Positions 1 through 7,051 of a DNA stretch of 20,000 nt are shown here, piece by piece. The position numbers were made by a program, and so were the translations under genes. Source of the DNA: an uncultured virus (IMG/VR IMGVR_UViG_3300028591_000177). Its lineage: Duplodnaviria; Heunggongvirae; Uroviricota; Caudoviricetes. Location of the stretch: IMG/VR virus record IMGVR_UViG_3300028591_000177; one strand, written 5' to 3'. The first letter of the stretch is position 1. The number at the start of each line of letters is the position of its first letter. The notes under the pieces were generated by a model. It saw nothing but the letters and a program-made list of their open reading frames with translations, searched no databases and was not told the origin of the DNA.

Positions 1-2
1 AT

Positions 3-149
3 AGCACATATACAGTGACTATTCATTTAGATAGATTGCTGGAAGACGAAGCATATCTCAACTATAAAAAGTCGCTAGAACATACTTATCAAATAAATAG
101 GTCGAATAATGATTGTGAACTAAATTATGTTTATAATTGTCTGTTCTAA
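3..149 (+). CDS. 3' end of a hypothetical protein (partial, starts upstream of window)
   Basis: Open frame from window edge (STYTVTIHLDRLLEDEAYLNYKKSLEH...NCLF) to TAA at 147-149. Confidence 0.55.
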   Translation, partial: STYTVTIHLDRLLEDEAYLNYKKSLEHTYQINRSNNDCELNYVYNCLF

Positions 150-245
150 GTTAAAAAATAAAAATATGTCAAATTAGCAAATTCTCTATTGACTTTTCTT
201 GTAATATGTTGTATAATATTATTGTAGACAAAAACAATTATTCTA
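150..245 (+). promoter_or_regulatory. Conserved sigmaA-type phage promoter, copy 1
   Basis: TTGACT 189-194, 17-bp spacer, TATAAT 212-217; upstream GTTAAAAAATAAAAAT; downstream AAAACAATTATTCTAA shared with copy 8. Confidence 0.85.
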
Positions 246-266
246 AATTACAAGGAGGAAGTTAAT

Positions 267-953
267 ATGGATAATACAACAGATAAGGCTAAACTTGCTA
301 AGGTGAAGGAACTCATTTCTAAGCTGCTTAATGTAACTAAGGAGAATGGTGCTACTGATAATGAAGTGATATCTGCAACCCTTAAAGTACAGCAGATACT
401 TGCTAAGTACGATATGGAACTTTCAGATATTAACACTGAGGACACGGAAGAGATTATACAGGATGAAGTGGATATTGCTAATACAAACTGGCAGAAGATG
501 CTTGCCGGAGTTGTGGCAGAAAACTTCTGTGTAGAGTCCTTTACAAGAATTCGTAGAAACTATATGGGTAAGAAGTGTTATTCCATTGTGTTTTATGGAT
601 ACAAGAGACATTGTGACGTAGCCCGTGAAGTGTTTAAGAGTTTGTTTGAATTTGGTAACAGACGTGGTAAGGAAATTTTTAAGGAGTATAGAGAGGCGGG
701 ACGTAACGTACACGGTATTAAGAATCAGTTTTATATTGGTTATATAAGAGGTGTTAAATCTGCACTTGATGTACAGAGTAGAGCACTTATGATTATAACT
801 CCTCCGGAGGTTAAACAAAGTTACAAGGAATTTTGCATACAGTCTCAGATGAAAAAATCCTCTCCTATAAGGTACAGAGCCGACGAGGAACTTTATGAAA
901 GAGGTGTTAATGCTGGACGGGAAGCAGCTTCCAGAAAAGAAATAGCAGGTTAA
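267..953 (+). CDS. DUF2786 domain-containing protein
   Basis: N-terminal KVKELISKLLNV...ATDNEVISATLKVQQILAKYDMELSD fits the DUF2786 pattern; RBS AAGGAGG. Confidence 0.8.
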   Translation: MDNTTDKAKLAKVKELISKLLNVTKENGATDNEVISATLKVQQILAKYDMELSDINTEDTEEIIQDEVDIANTNWQKMLAGVVAENFCVESFTRIRRNYMGKKCYSIVFYGYKRHCDVAREVFKSLFEFGNRRGKEIFKEYREAGRNVHGIKNQFYIGYIRGVKSALDVQSRALMIITPPEVKQSYKEFCIQSQMKKSSPIRYRADEELYERGVNAGREAASRKEIAG

Positions 954-972
954 AATTTGTAGCATAGGATAT

Positions 973-1007
973 AAAGGACGGTTTAAACATCGTCCTTTTT
1001 ATTTTTT
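973..1007 (+). terminator. Intrinsic terminator
   Basis: AAAGGACGGT / ATCGTCCTTT stem followed by T tract. Confidence 0.8.
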
Positions 1008-1097
1008 ATAATTAAAACACGATATTATAACCTATAATAAACATTATACAGTACAATAATAGTATAAACTTATTTTGTAGAAAGGAGCCGACGGCTT

Positions 1098-1685
1098 ATG
1101 AGCGAAATAAAGGGAACGCCTGTTAAATTTAAAATAGGTGGTCAAGCTGATTATGAAGGTATTACAAAGGATGATAATGTTATATACTTTACAACAGACA
1201 GCGACGGTAATCATAGAATATATGTTGGTGATGATTGTTACAATGTAACTGTTATTGAAACTGATTTGGATTCTGCTGTAATGTCTACTAAAACTGTACC
1301 GTCCACACAGGCCACAAAGGAAGCATTAAATGGTAAAGTTAGTAGGTGTCGTGTAGTAGATGGACTTACTATACCTAATCCTATTAATATAGCAAATAAC
1401 GTGGAATACCGTTATTTAGGAATAACTAATATTTCCGGTATTACAATAAAGACAGCGGCAAGTTATGAACGTGATTTATTCTATTGTTCTATTATATTAA
1501 ATTCGTTAGATAGTACAGATAGTGTAGCAGACTTTGTCACGGTAGACCCCACCAGCGGTACTAATGTACGATTCCTAAATCCTGATGTAAACCTAAGTGA
1601 TATGGATACCGTTGAATTATTGTTCTTTTTTAACGGATTGGATATTTGTTGTATAGCTGCCACATATAAGCACGAGGAGGTATAA
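1098..1685 (+). CDS. Hypothetical protein, probably virion/tail-associated
   Basis: 195 aa, RBS AAAGGAG; N-terminus VKFKIGGQADYEGITKDDNVIYFTTD...IYVG resembles repeats seen in phage tail proteins. Confidence 0.55.
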   Translation: MSEIKGTPVKFKIGGQADYEGITKDDNVIYFTTDSDGNHRIYVGDDCYNVTVIETDLDSAVMSTKTVPSTQATKEALNGKVSRCRVVDGLTIPNPINIANNVEYRYLGITNISGITIKTAASYERDLFYCSIILNSLDSTDSVADFVTVDPTSGTNVRFLNPDVNLSDMDTVELLFFFNGLDICCIAATYKHEEV

Positions 1686-1689
1686 TACT

Positions 1690-1980
1690 ATGCCAAGTGC
1701 TCTTAATCCTTTAGAATCCTCTGGCTTCACTTACCAGTTACAAAAAATACGTAACTTTATGTTACTTATTGAATATGAGGTAGAGGACACCAATTATGTA
1801 TGGACATTAGATGATAATGGAGATGTTACACTTGTTTACTATTTAGGTAAATATCCTAATATAAAAGTACCTACAAGTATTGAAGGACATCCTGTTAAAT
1901 ACATAGCGCCTACTTGTTATAACTATGATACACTTCTTGTATCTGTTAATATACCTGAAGGTATCGTATCTATTGGATAA
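1690..1980 (+). CDS. Short protein with BspA-like leucine-rich repeat (LRR_5) cap and one repeat
   Basis: VTLVYYLG..NIKVPTSIEGHPVKYIA..CY....LVSVNIPEGIVSIG matches the BspA-type pattern IPxxIdGxpVtxI..F....LtSVtIPegVtsIG; RBS GAGGAGG. Confidence 0.65.
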   Translation: MPSALNPLESSGFTYQLQKIRNFMLLIEYEVEDTNYVWTLDDNGDVTLVYYLGKYPNIKVPTSIEGHPVKYIAPTCYNYDTLLVSVNIPEGIVSIG

Positions 1981-1991
1981 TTTATTAACTT

Positions 1992-2025
1992 AAACTGCTT
2001 CCTACGGGAGGCAGTTTTTCTTTTT
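1992..2025 (+). terminator. Intrinsic terminator with C(UACG)G tetraloop
   Basis: AAACTGCTTCC-TACG-GGAGGCAGTTT then T tract. Confidence 0.9.
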
Positions 2026-2035
2026 ATCTTATTTA

Positions 2036-2100
2036 ATTAAAAAATAAAAATATATCAAAAACACTTGACTTTTTACGTTTTATGTTGTATAATATTAGTA
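2036..2100 (+). promoter_or_regulatory. Conserved sigmaA-type phage promoter, copy 2
   Basis: TTGACT 2065-2070, N17, TATAAT 2088-2093; A-rich upstream tract. Confidence 0.9.
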
Positions 2101-2159
2101 CAGTAAAAAATAAATAAAGAACATGAAGTTGTAGAACAATTGAATAGGAGGAATTATTT

Positions 2160-2882
2160 ATGCGTAAGTACAATCGTATTGTCCGTATTGGCAAATCCCT
2201 AATTCCTGTAATGTTAATTCCGATAGGAATACATATGGGAATGGAAACAAGCAGACAACATACTATCGAAACTAATATCGAAAACGTTATTGCGGAAAAT
2301 GTAGAAACCCCTAACACTAAGAACTGTAGCATAAATCAACTTAGTTGGACAGACGATGAGTCAACGGATGTAACTGTAGCGGATGATAGTAACGACGATA
2401 ACTGGAGTAATTTAGGAAATGTGCTTCCTGTACTGGATAGTGATTATACTATAACACTTGACACTGATTTACAGAACTACATATACGATACATCGGTAGA
2501 ATTTGGTGTACCTTATGAACTTACTTTAGCAGTATGTTATATGGAATCTAAATTTACAGCAGATGTAAATAATGCAGGTACTAATACAGATGGAACTACT
2601 GATTGGGGTATAATGGGTCTGAATGATATGTACCTCCAGGCCAATTGTGATTTATACAACAACGGTATAATGATAGATGCTTATAACCCATATCAGAATA
2701 TTTACATTGGTGTACAGATTCTGGCAAGCAATCTTGACTATTTTAATGGTAACATATTGGACGCAGCGAATGCGTATAATTTAGGTCCAGCAGGTTGGGA
2801 AAACATGAAAAGTTGTGGACAGAGTTGGTATTACGGTGATACTGTACTCCGTTACATAGATGTTCTTAAAACAATGATTTAA
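2160..2882 (+). CDS. SLT-domain (GH23-like) lytic transglycosylase with N-terminal signal/anchor
   Basis: FGVPYELTLAVCYMES (catalytic Glu), GIMGLN, NPYQNIYIG and AYNLG motifs; hydrophobic N-terminal segment and acidic linker. Confidence 0.85.
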   Translation: MRKYNRIVRIGKSLIPVMLIPIGIHMGMETSRQHTIETNIENVIAENVETPNTKNCSINQLSWTDDESTDVTVADDSNDDNWSNLGNVLPVLDSDYTITLDTDLQNYIYDTSVEFGVPYELTLAVCYMESKFTADVNNAGTNTDGTTDWGIMGLNDMYLQANCDLYNNGIMIDAYNPYQNIYIGVQILASNLDYFNGNILDAANAYNLGPAGWENMKSCGQSWYYGDTVLRYIDVLKTMI

Positions 2883-3012
2883 TTCACTTTTATACATAGA
2901 AAGAGGGTGAGTTAAATGCTTATTTAAACTGTAAATAAGAATAATTTGATGTGTAGAACAGACCAGTAAAGAAAACAAGTAGAACAAAGAGTTATTTTTG
3001 GAGGAAATTAAT

Positions 3013-3318
3013 ATGAAATGGTTTTATACTGTATTGGAATTCACAACAATATTTGCTCTTATCACTTACGGTGAGGATATGGGTACACGAAATACCTGGT
3101 ATCTAATAGTTGCTATGTGTGCAGCACATTTAATGTTTTCTCTTTTGTATAAACTTCGTAGACACGATGAGATAAAGAAGCACACTGCACATAATATTGT
3201 AAAAGTGCCGTCCCCTGTAGAATTACTTGCTAACGAAAATGCTGGAATTAAGATACGTCATATATATGACGATGAAACAGGTAAGGATAGAGTATTGTGT
3301 GATTTTGCAAAGGTTTAA
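3013..3318 (+). CDS. Hypothetical membrane protein (2 TM)
   Basis: ATG 3013 after GGAGG; two hydrophobic N-terminal segments. Confidence 0.7.
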   Translation: MKWFYTVLEFTTIFALITYGEDMGTRNTWYLIVAMCAAHLMFSLLYKLRRHDEIKKHTAHNIVKVPSPVELLANENAGIKIRHIYDDETGKDRVLCDFAKV

Positions 3319-3347
3319 ATAATTTTGTATAATATAGATTTTAATTA

Positions 3348-3376
3348 GGAGTTCCTAAAAGGAACTCTTTTTTTTT
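3348..3376 (+). terminator. Intrinsic terminator
   Basis: GAGTTCCT / AGGAACTC stem plus T9. Confidence 0.85.
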
Positions 3377-3446
3377 GTTAAATATAAAAAATTTCTAAAA
3401 CCACTTGACTTTTATACTAATATGTTGTATAATATTTATAGTAAGA
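3377..3446 (+). promoter_or_regulatory. Conserved sigmaA-type phage promoter, copy 3
   Basis: TTGACT 3405-3410, N17, TATAAT 3428-3433. Confidence 0.9.
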
Positions 3447-3490
3447 GGAACAAAAAATATCGTAAGTATAAAGAAGGAGTTGTGTAGTAT

Positions 3491-3763
3491 ATGATTTTGA
3501 ATTACTATGAAGAATTAGGAATAGATACTCTTGTGGAACATATAAACGAATTAGATTACTATGAGGAAAACCTTATAGATACATTATGGAATTTTGCTGT
3601 TGAAAAAGATAAGAGTTTTGCCGAAAAGATAAAGAAATATAAGGACAATAAAGATGCTATGGATATTATTGAATCTGTTACACTATATGATGATTTAGTA
3701 AATGAAGCTATGAATATGTTCGGATATAAATTTAATAAATATTATGAAAAATGGGAAAAATAA
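3491..3763 (+). CDS. Hypothetical acidic protein
   Basis: 90 aa ORF, RBS AAGGAG, first gene after promoter. Confidence 0.75.
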   Translation: MILNYYEELGIDTLVEHINELDYYEENLIDTLWNFAVEKDKSFAEKIKKYKDNKDAMDIIESVTLYDDLVNEAMNMFGYKFNKYYEKWEK

Positions 3764-3867
3764 GTAGATAAAATAATAAAATGATTTAATATGTAAAGAA
3801 GATAATCTAATTTCAGTTACAGAGGATATAATCAACTACTTGTGGAGATTTTAAGGAGATTTAAACT

Positions 3868-4056
3868 ATGTCTAAAAAGAATATTACAGTTGAACAATTA
3901 ATAAAACAACTTACTAAAATGATTGAACAAAATCCTAAGATGGCAAAAAGTGAATTAAAAATTATAAAAGGAAGTATAGAAAGTAGCATTCCTTATAAAC
4001 CTGTATATTATTCAAGTTCAGATAATAAAACAATACTCATAAGGGTAGAGGATTGA
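3868..4056 (+). CDS. Hypothetical protein
   Basis: 62 aa, RBS TAAGGAG; ITVEQLIKQL N-terminus is typical of small phage proteins. Confidence 0.75.
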   Translation: MSKKNITVEQLIKQLTKMIEQNPKMAKSELKIIKGSIESSIPYKPVYYSSSDNKTILIRVED

Positions 4057-4089
4057 GCAGTGAAAGAGTATTTTTAAGGAGGAAGAATT

Positions 4090-4302
4090 ATGAAAAATCA
4101 GTATAGAGTAAAGCGTATTACATTAAAGTCTAATATGACAATGGACGAATATTGGAAAGCTGTAAACAACGCAAATATCAAATATTGTAATGGTCTTGAT
4201 GAGGTAAGGGCCTATTGCTGCGGAAAACTTCATAGGCAGCGTAATGGATATTCTGGCATTAATGGTAATGTAGAATATGTAGCGGAAAAAATAAGCCGAT
4301 AA
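4090..4302 (+). CDS. Hypothetical protein
   Basis: 70 aa, RBS AAGGAGG. Confidence 0.75.
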   Translation: MKNQYRVKRITLKSNMTMDEYWKAVNNANIKYCNGLDEVRAYCCGKLHRQRNGYSGINGNVEYVAEKISR

Positions 4303-4402
4303 AAGAGTGATTCTATCCACGGAAAAGCTTGACGAGGAGCTTAAAATCCCCGTCCCATAGACGATAAACCACAAACCAACGGAAAATTAAGGAGAAATAA
4401 TT

Positions 4403-4720
4403 ATGAATGAGCAGTATCTTATTGACAAGATAGATGAAATTATTTCGGAAATTCGCAAAGAATATACCAAGCACAAAGAACAGTATTTACTTACTCATAC
4501 CGAGCACAAAGAACAGTATCTACTTACTCATATTATCAATCTTGAATTTCTTATGGGCAAATACTTTGCACTCATGGAAATTTTACTGGAGGACAACAAA
4601 GAAAATCCACTGAAACCTTTTATCAGTACGTATTTTATAGAGTATGAAAAGAACAGAGAACTTATTGAAGCTGTAACTACACATATTGACGGTATGTACA
4701 AGAAGCTGAAGGAGGTCTGA
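4403..4720 (+). CDS. Hypothetical protein with internal 11-aa duplication
   Basis: 105 aa, RBS TAAGGAG. Confidence 0.75.
   Translation: MNEQYLIDKIDEIISEIRKEYTKHKEQYLLTHTEHKEQYLLTHIINLEFLMGKYFALMEILLEDNKENPLKPFISTYFIEYEKNRELIEAVTTHIDGMYKKLKEV
4466..4531 (+). repeat. 33-bp in-frame tandem duplication
   Basis: ACCAAGCACAAAGAACAGTATTTACTTACTCAT / ACCGAGCACAAAGAACAGTATCTACTTACTCAT, 2 mismatches. Confidence 0.95.
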
Positions 4721-4723
4721 ATT

Positions 4724-4906
4724 ATGGACAATGAAGATTACAATGCCGTATTAAAAGCTATTCCCGATATGAGTGAGACCGAAAAAGATATTGCTATGCA
4801 ATGCTTAAATGATGGATATTCAGTAGATGAAACTATTGACCATATATTACTTAGCGGATATTCATTAGAAGAATATATTCGAGATATAACAGACTTAGGG
4901 GTATAA
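4724..4906 (+). CDS. Hypothetical acidic protein
   Basis: 60 aa, RBS AAGGAGGT. Confidence 0.7.
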   Translation: MDNEDYNAVLKAIPDMSETEKDIAMQCLNDGYSVDETIDHILLSGYSLEEYIRDITDLGV

Positions 4907-4983
4907 CAGAGAATAGGCAAAAATTATTATAAAAAAAACAAAAGAAGTTAAATAAAAAAGTGTACTCTAAGGAGGATATAGAT

Positions 4984-5427
4984 ATGGAAAATATAAAATA
5001 TAAAGCAAGATTATCAACTTCAAACGGTTACGCTATAGGTATTCCTATTAAAGATAAACTTGGTAATTGGAGTATGTCAATGATAGGTTATCCTAATGTT
5101 AGACATGAAATTATTCCGGAAACTATAAGTGCCTGTACAGGGAAAAAAGATAAAAATGGGGAAGAAATATTTGAAGGAGATATTGTTGCAATACCTTTAA
5201 ATACATCAGACCATATTGAGAAATTTGTTATTATACGGGACAATGACGAAATGGCTTTCATGCTACATCGCTTAAACGAAAAATGTCATACATTTTCTCC
5301 TATTGGACATACTTGGAGTTCCGTTAGGAATGACTTTTACAACTACGATGTAAGTGAAATTGAGGTTGTAGGGAATATGTTTAATACGGTTCCTAAACTA
5401 AGAGAAGAGAATATTTTTAAAGATTAA
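4984..5427 (+). CDS. YopX family phage protein
   Basis: IKYKAR...IIPETISACTGKKDKNGEEIFEGDIV...IEVVGNMF signature; ATG 4984 after AAGGAGG. Confidence 0.85.
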   Translation: MENIKYKARLSTSNGYAIGIPIKDKLGNWSMSMIGYPNVRHEIIPETISACTGKKDKNGEEIFEGDIVAIPLNTSDHIEKFVIIRDNDEMAFMLHRLNEKCHTFSPIGHTWSSVRNDFYNYDVSEIEVVGNMFNTVPKLREENIFKD

Positions 5428-5455
5428 AATATACTATAGGAAGGAAGATTAATTT

Positions 5456-5710
5456 ATGGAAAAAAGATATTTTTACAAACAGGCTTACCTTGCAAATACT
5501 GAAATTTTTATGTACGTGGACGGAAAACTTACCGAAACAGACATTATTAACGACTACAACCTTGATGGGTATATAGGAAGACTGAGGAATGAGGGATACA
5601 CATATGGATACCCTCCGGAAGAAGTGGAACACCTGAGAAAGTGTTATGAAGAAGCTAAAGAAGCATATGAAATTGCTCAGCGCAATATGATTAATATTAA
5701 GGAGAATTGA
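5456..5710 (+). CDS. Hypothetical protein
   Basis: 84 aa, purine-rich RBS AGGAAGGAAG. Confidence 0.7.
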   Translation: MEKRYFYKQAYLANTEIFMYVDGKLTETDIINDYNLDGYIGRLRNEGYTYGYPPEEVEHLRKCYEEAKEAYEIAQRNMINIKEN

Positions 5711-5813
5711 GTTATAAGGAAGACATACATGGTGCAGTGGATACATAGAACAGAAAACACTTGCAGATACCGTAGAGGAGTTTATGGTAGCACGGTGAGG
5801 AGGTCTAATTTTT

Positions 5814-6002
5814 ATGAATAGGGATATACTGGAAGAACTCAAAACAAAAAATTATAAAGAGGTACTACCCTCTATCGAAAGTACAGACATATTATTTCTT
5901 TCTTGTGTTGCCGACACTATGCAATTAAATCGTAAGATGTATTGCGAATCATGTCCATACAACATGAAATGTGCTAAATCCATAATTACAACAATGAGTT
6001 AA
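5814..6002 (+). CDS. Hypothetical small Cys-containing protein
   Basis: 62 aa, RBS GAGGAGGT; C..(n)..CESCPY...C motif. Confidence 0.7.
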   Translation: MNRDILEELKTKNYKEVLPSIESTDILFLSCVADTMQLNRKMYCESCPYNMKCAKSIITTMS

Positions 6003-6040
6003 ACGAGGTTTGTTATACGAAATGATTTTATGATAAGTTC

Positions 6041-6077
6041 AAAGTCCGTGAAATTATTTATTCACGGATTTTTTTTT
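6041..6077 (+). terminator. Intrinsic terminator
   Basis: TCCGTGAA / TTCACGGA stem plus T9. Confidence 0.85.
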
Positions 6078-6165
6078 GTTAAAATATAAAAATTTTTTAA
6101 AACCACTTGACTTTTTATGTGTTATGTTGTATAATAATTATAGTAAGAAAAACAAATATTCTAAA
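6078..6165 (+). promoter_or_regulatory. Conserved sigmaA-type phage promoter, copy 4
   Basis: TTGACT 6107-6112, N17, TATAAT 6130-6135. Confidence 0.9.
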
Positions 6166-6177
6166 GGAGGAAAAGAT

Positions 6178-6303
6178 ATGTTTGTATGGAGAGTTAAAAT
6201 TAAGAGGTACAACAACATAATGTACTCATCAAAGGAAATTAAAACACTTTCGCTTTTTGGAATTATCCCGCTGTACATAAGCATAACAGAAATCCACAGC
6301 TAA
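6178..6303 (+). CDS. Small hypothetical protein (41 aa)
   Basis: ATG 6178 after AAAGGAGG; MFVWRVKIKRYNNIMYSSKEIKTLSLFGIIPLYISITEIHS. Confidence 0.7.
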   Translation: MFVWRVKIKRYNNIMYSSKEIKTLSLFGIIPLYISITEIHS

Positions 6304-6304
6304 A

Positions 6305-6359
6305 TCGGCAATATATCCGAGTGCATTGGAAATTCTAATGCACTTCAATATGGTGCCGA
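6305..6359 (+). other. Long imperfect RNA hairpin without adjacent U tract
   Basis: TCGGCA...GAGTGCATTGGAA-A-TTCTAATGCACTT...TGCCGA pairs end to end. Confidence 0.6.
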
Positions 6360-6377
6360 ATTAATGAATACTCTTAG

Positions 6378-6452
6378 TTTGTTAAATTATAAAAATATAT
6401 CTAAAACACTTGACTTTTTGAAGTATGTGTTGTATAATATTTATAGTAAGAA
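6378..6452 (+). promoter_or_regulatory. Conserved sigmaA-type phage promoter, copy 5
   Basis: TTGACT 6410-6415, N17, TATAAT 6433-6438. Confidence 0.9.
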
Positions 6453-6492
6453 AAGTAATTGAAGTAATCAATACCTACGGGAGGTACACAAG

Positions 6493-6660
6493 ATGAAAAA
6501 TATGATTCCTTTTGAAAAGTTATCTAAAAAAGAACAAAGACGTATTAATAAGGAAAAGCGTTCCGATTGGAACGGTATAAATCCTGTAACCCGCGTCGTA
6601 ACAGATGCTACTAAGTACACAAGAAAAACTAAACATAAGAACACATATGTAGAAGATTAA
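6493..6660 (+). CDS. Small basic protein (55 aa), candidate ArfA/BrfA-like ribosome rescue factor
   Basis: Below ORF-track cutoff; RBS GGGAGGT; MKNMIPFEKLSKKEQRRINKEKRSDWNGINPVTRVVTDATKYTRKTKHKNTYVED. CDS is well supported, function is inferred. Confidence 0.6.
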   Translation: MKNMIPFEKLSKKEQRRINKEKRSDWNGINPVTRVVTDATKYTRKTKHKNTYVED

Positions 6661-6671
6661 GGGGTGACGAC

Positions 6672-6938
6672 ATGAATAAAAACGTAAACAAAGCTAACAG
6701 CACTTATGAAGTACAGTTATATGTAAAGGGTTACGGCAATAACTGTGTATGTCGTGGTAATATTTCTACTATAACGGATGCTCTTAATTGTGCGTATGAA
6801 TTTTCACAGACAGAAGTTCTTGATTTTATGATATTTGAGGATGTACCACGTTCTCAATTTGATTATGTGAAAATAATTAAGTTTAAGGATGATTATGATA
6901 GATGTCCAAAAACAATAGCTATAATAAATTGCAATTAA
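6672..6938 (+). CDS. Hypothetical protein
   Basis: 88 aa, RBS AAGGGGTG. Confidence 0.7.
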   Translation: MNKNVNKANSTYEVQLYVKGYGNNCVCRGNISTITDALNCAYEFSQTEVLDFMIFEDVPRSQFDYVKIIKFKDDYDRCPKTIAIINCN

Positions 6939-6968
6939 TTTTTTTTGTTAATATAATATTTATAGACT

Positions 6969-7005
6969 TTAAGACCTCCCTGCTTAGGAATGGTCTTAAT
7001 TTTTT
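6969..7005 (+). terminator. Probable intrinsic terminator
   Basis: TTAAGACC...GGTCTTAA stem with inner CCT/AGG pairing, then T6. Confidence 0.65.
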
Positions 7006-7051
7006 GTACTATATTATATAAATATTAAGTTTTAAGAAAGGAAAATAGAGG

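Noticed and set aside
4303..4402. Less AT-rich intergenic stretch with AAGCT...AGCTT hairpin and TGACGA as possible hammerhead ribozyme
   Set aside because: No properly placed GAAA core or three-stem arrangement; more likely a decayed gene fragment.
5711..5813. Possible small ORF between the 5456 and 5814 genes
   Set aside because: The ATG frame (5729) has a weak RBS and overlaps the next gene; the more protein-like frame has no start. Probably a remnant.
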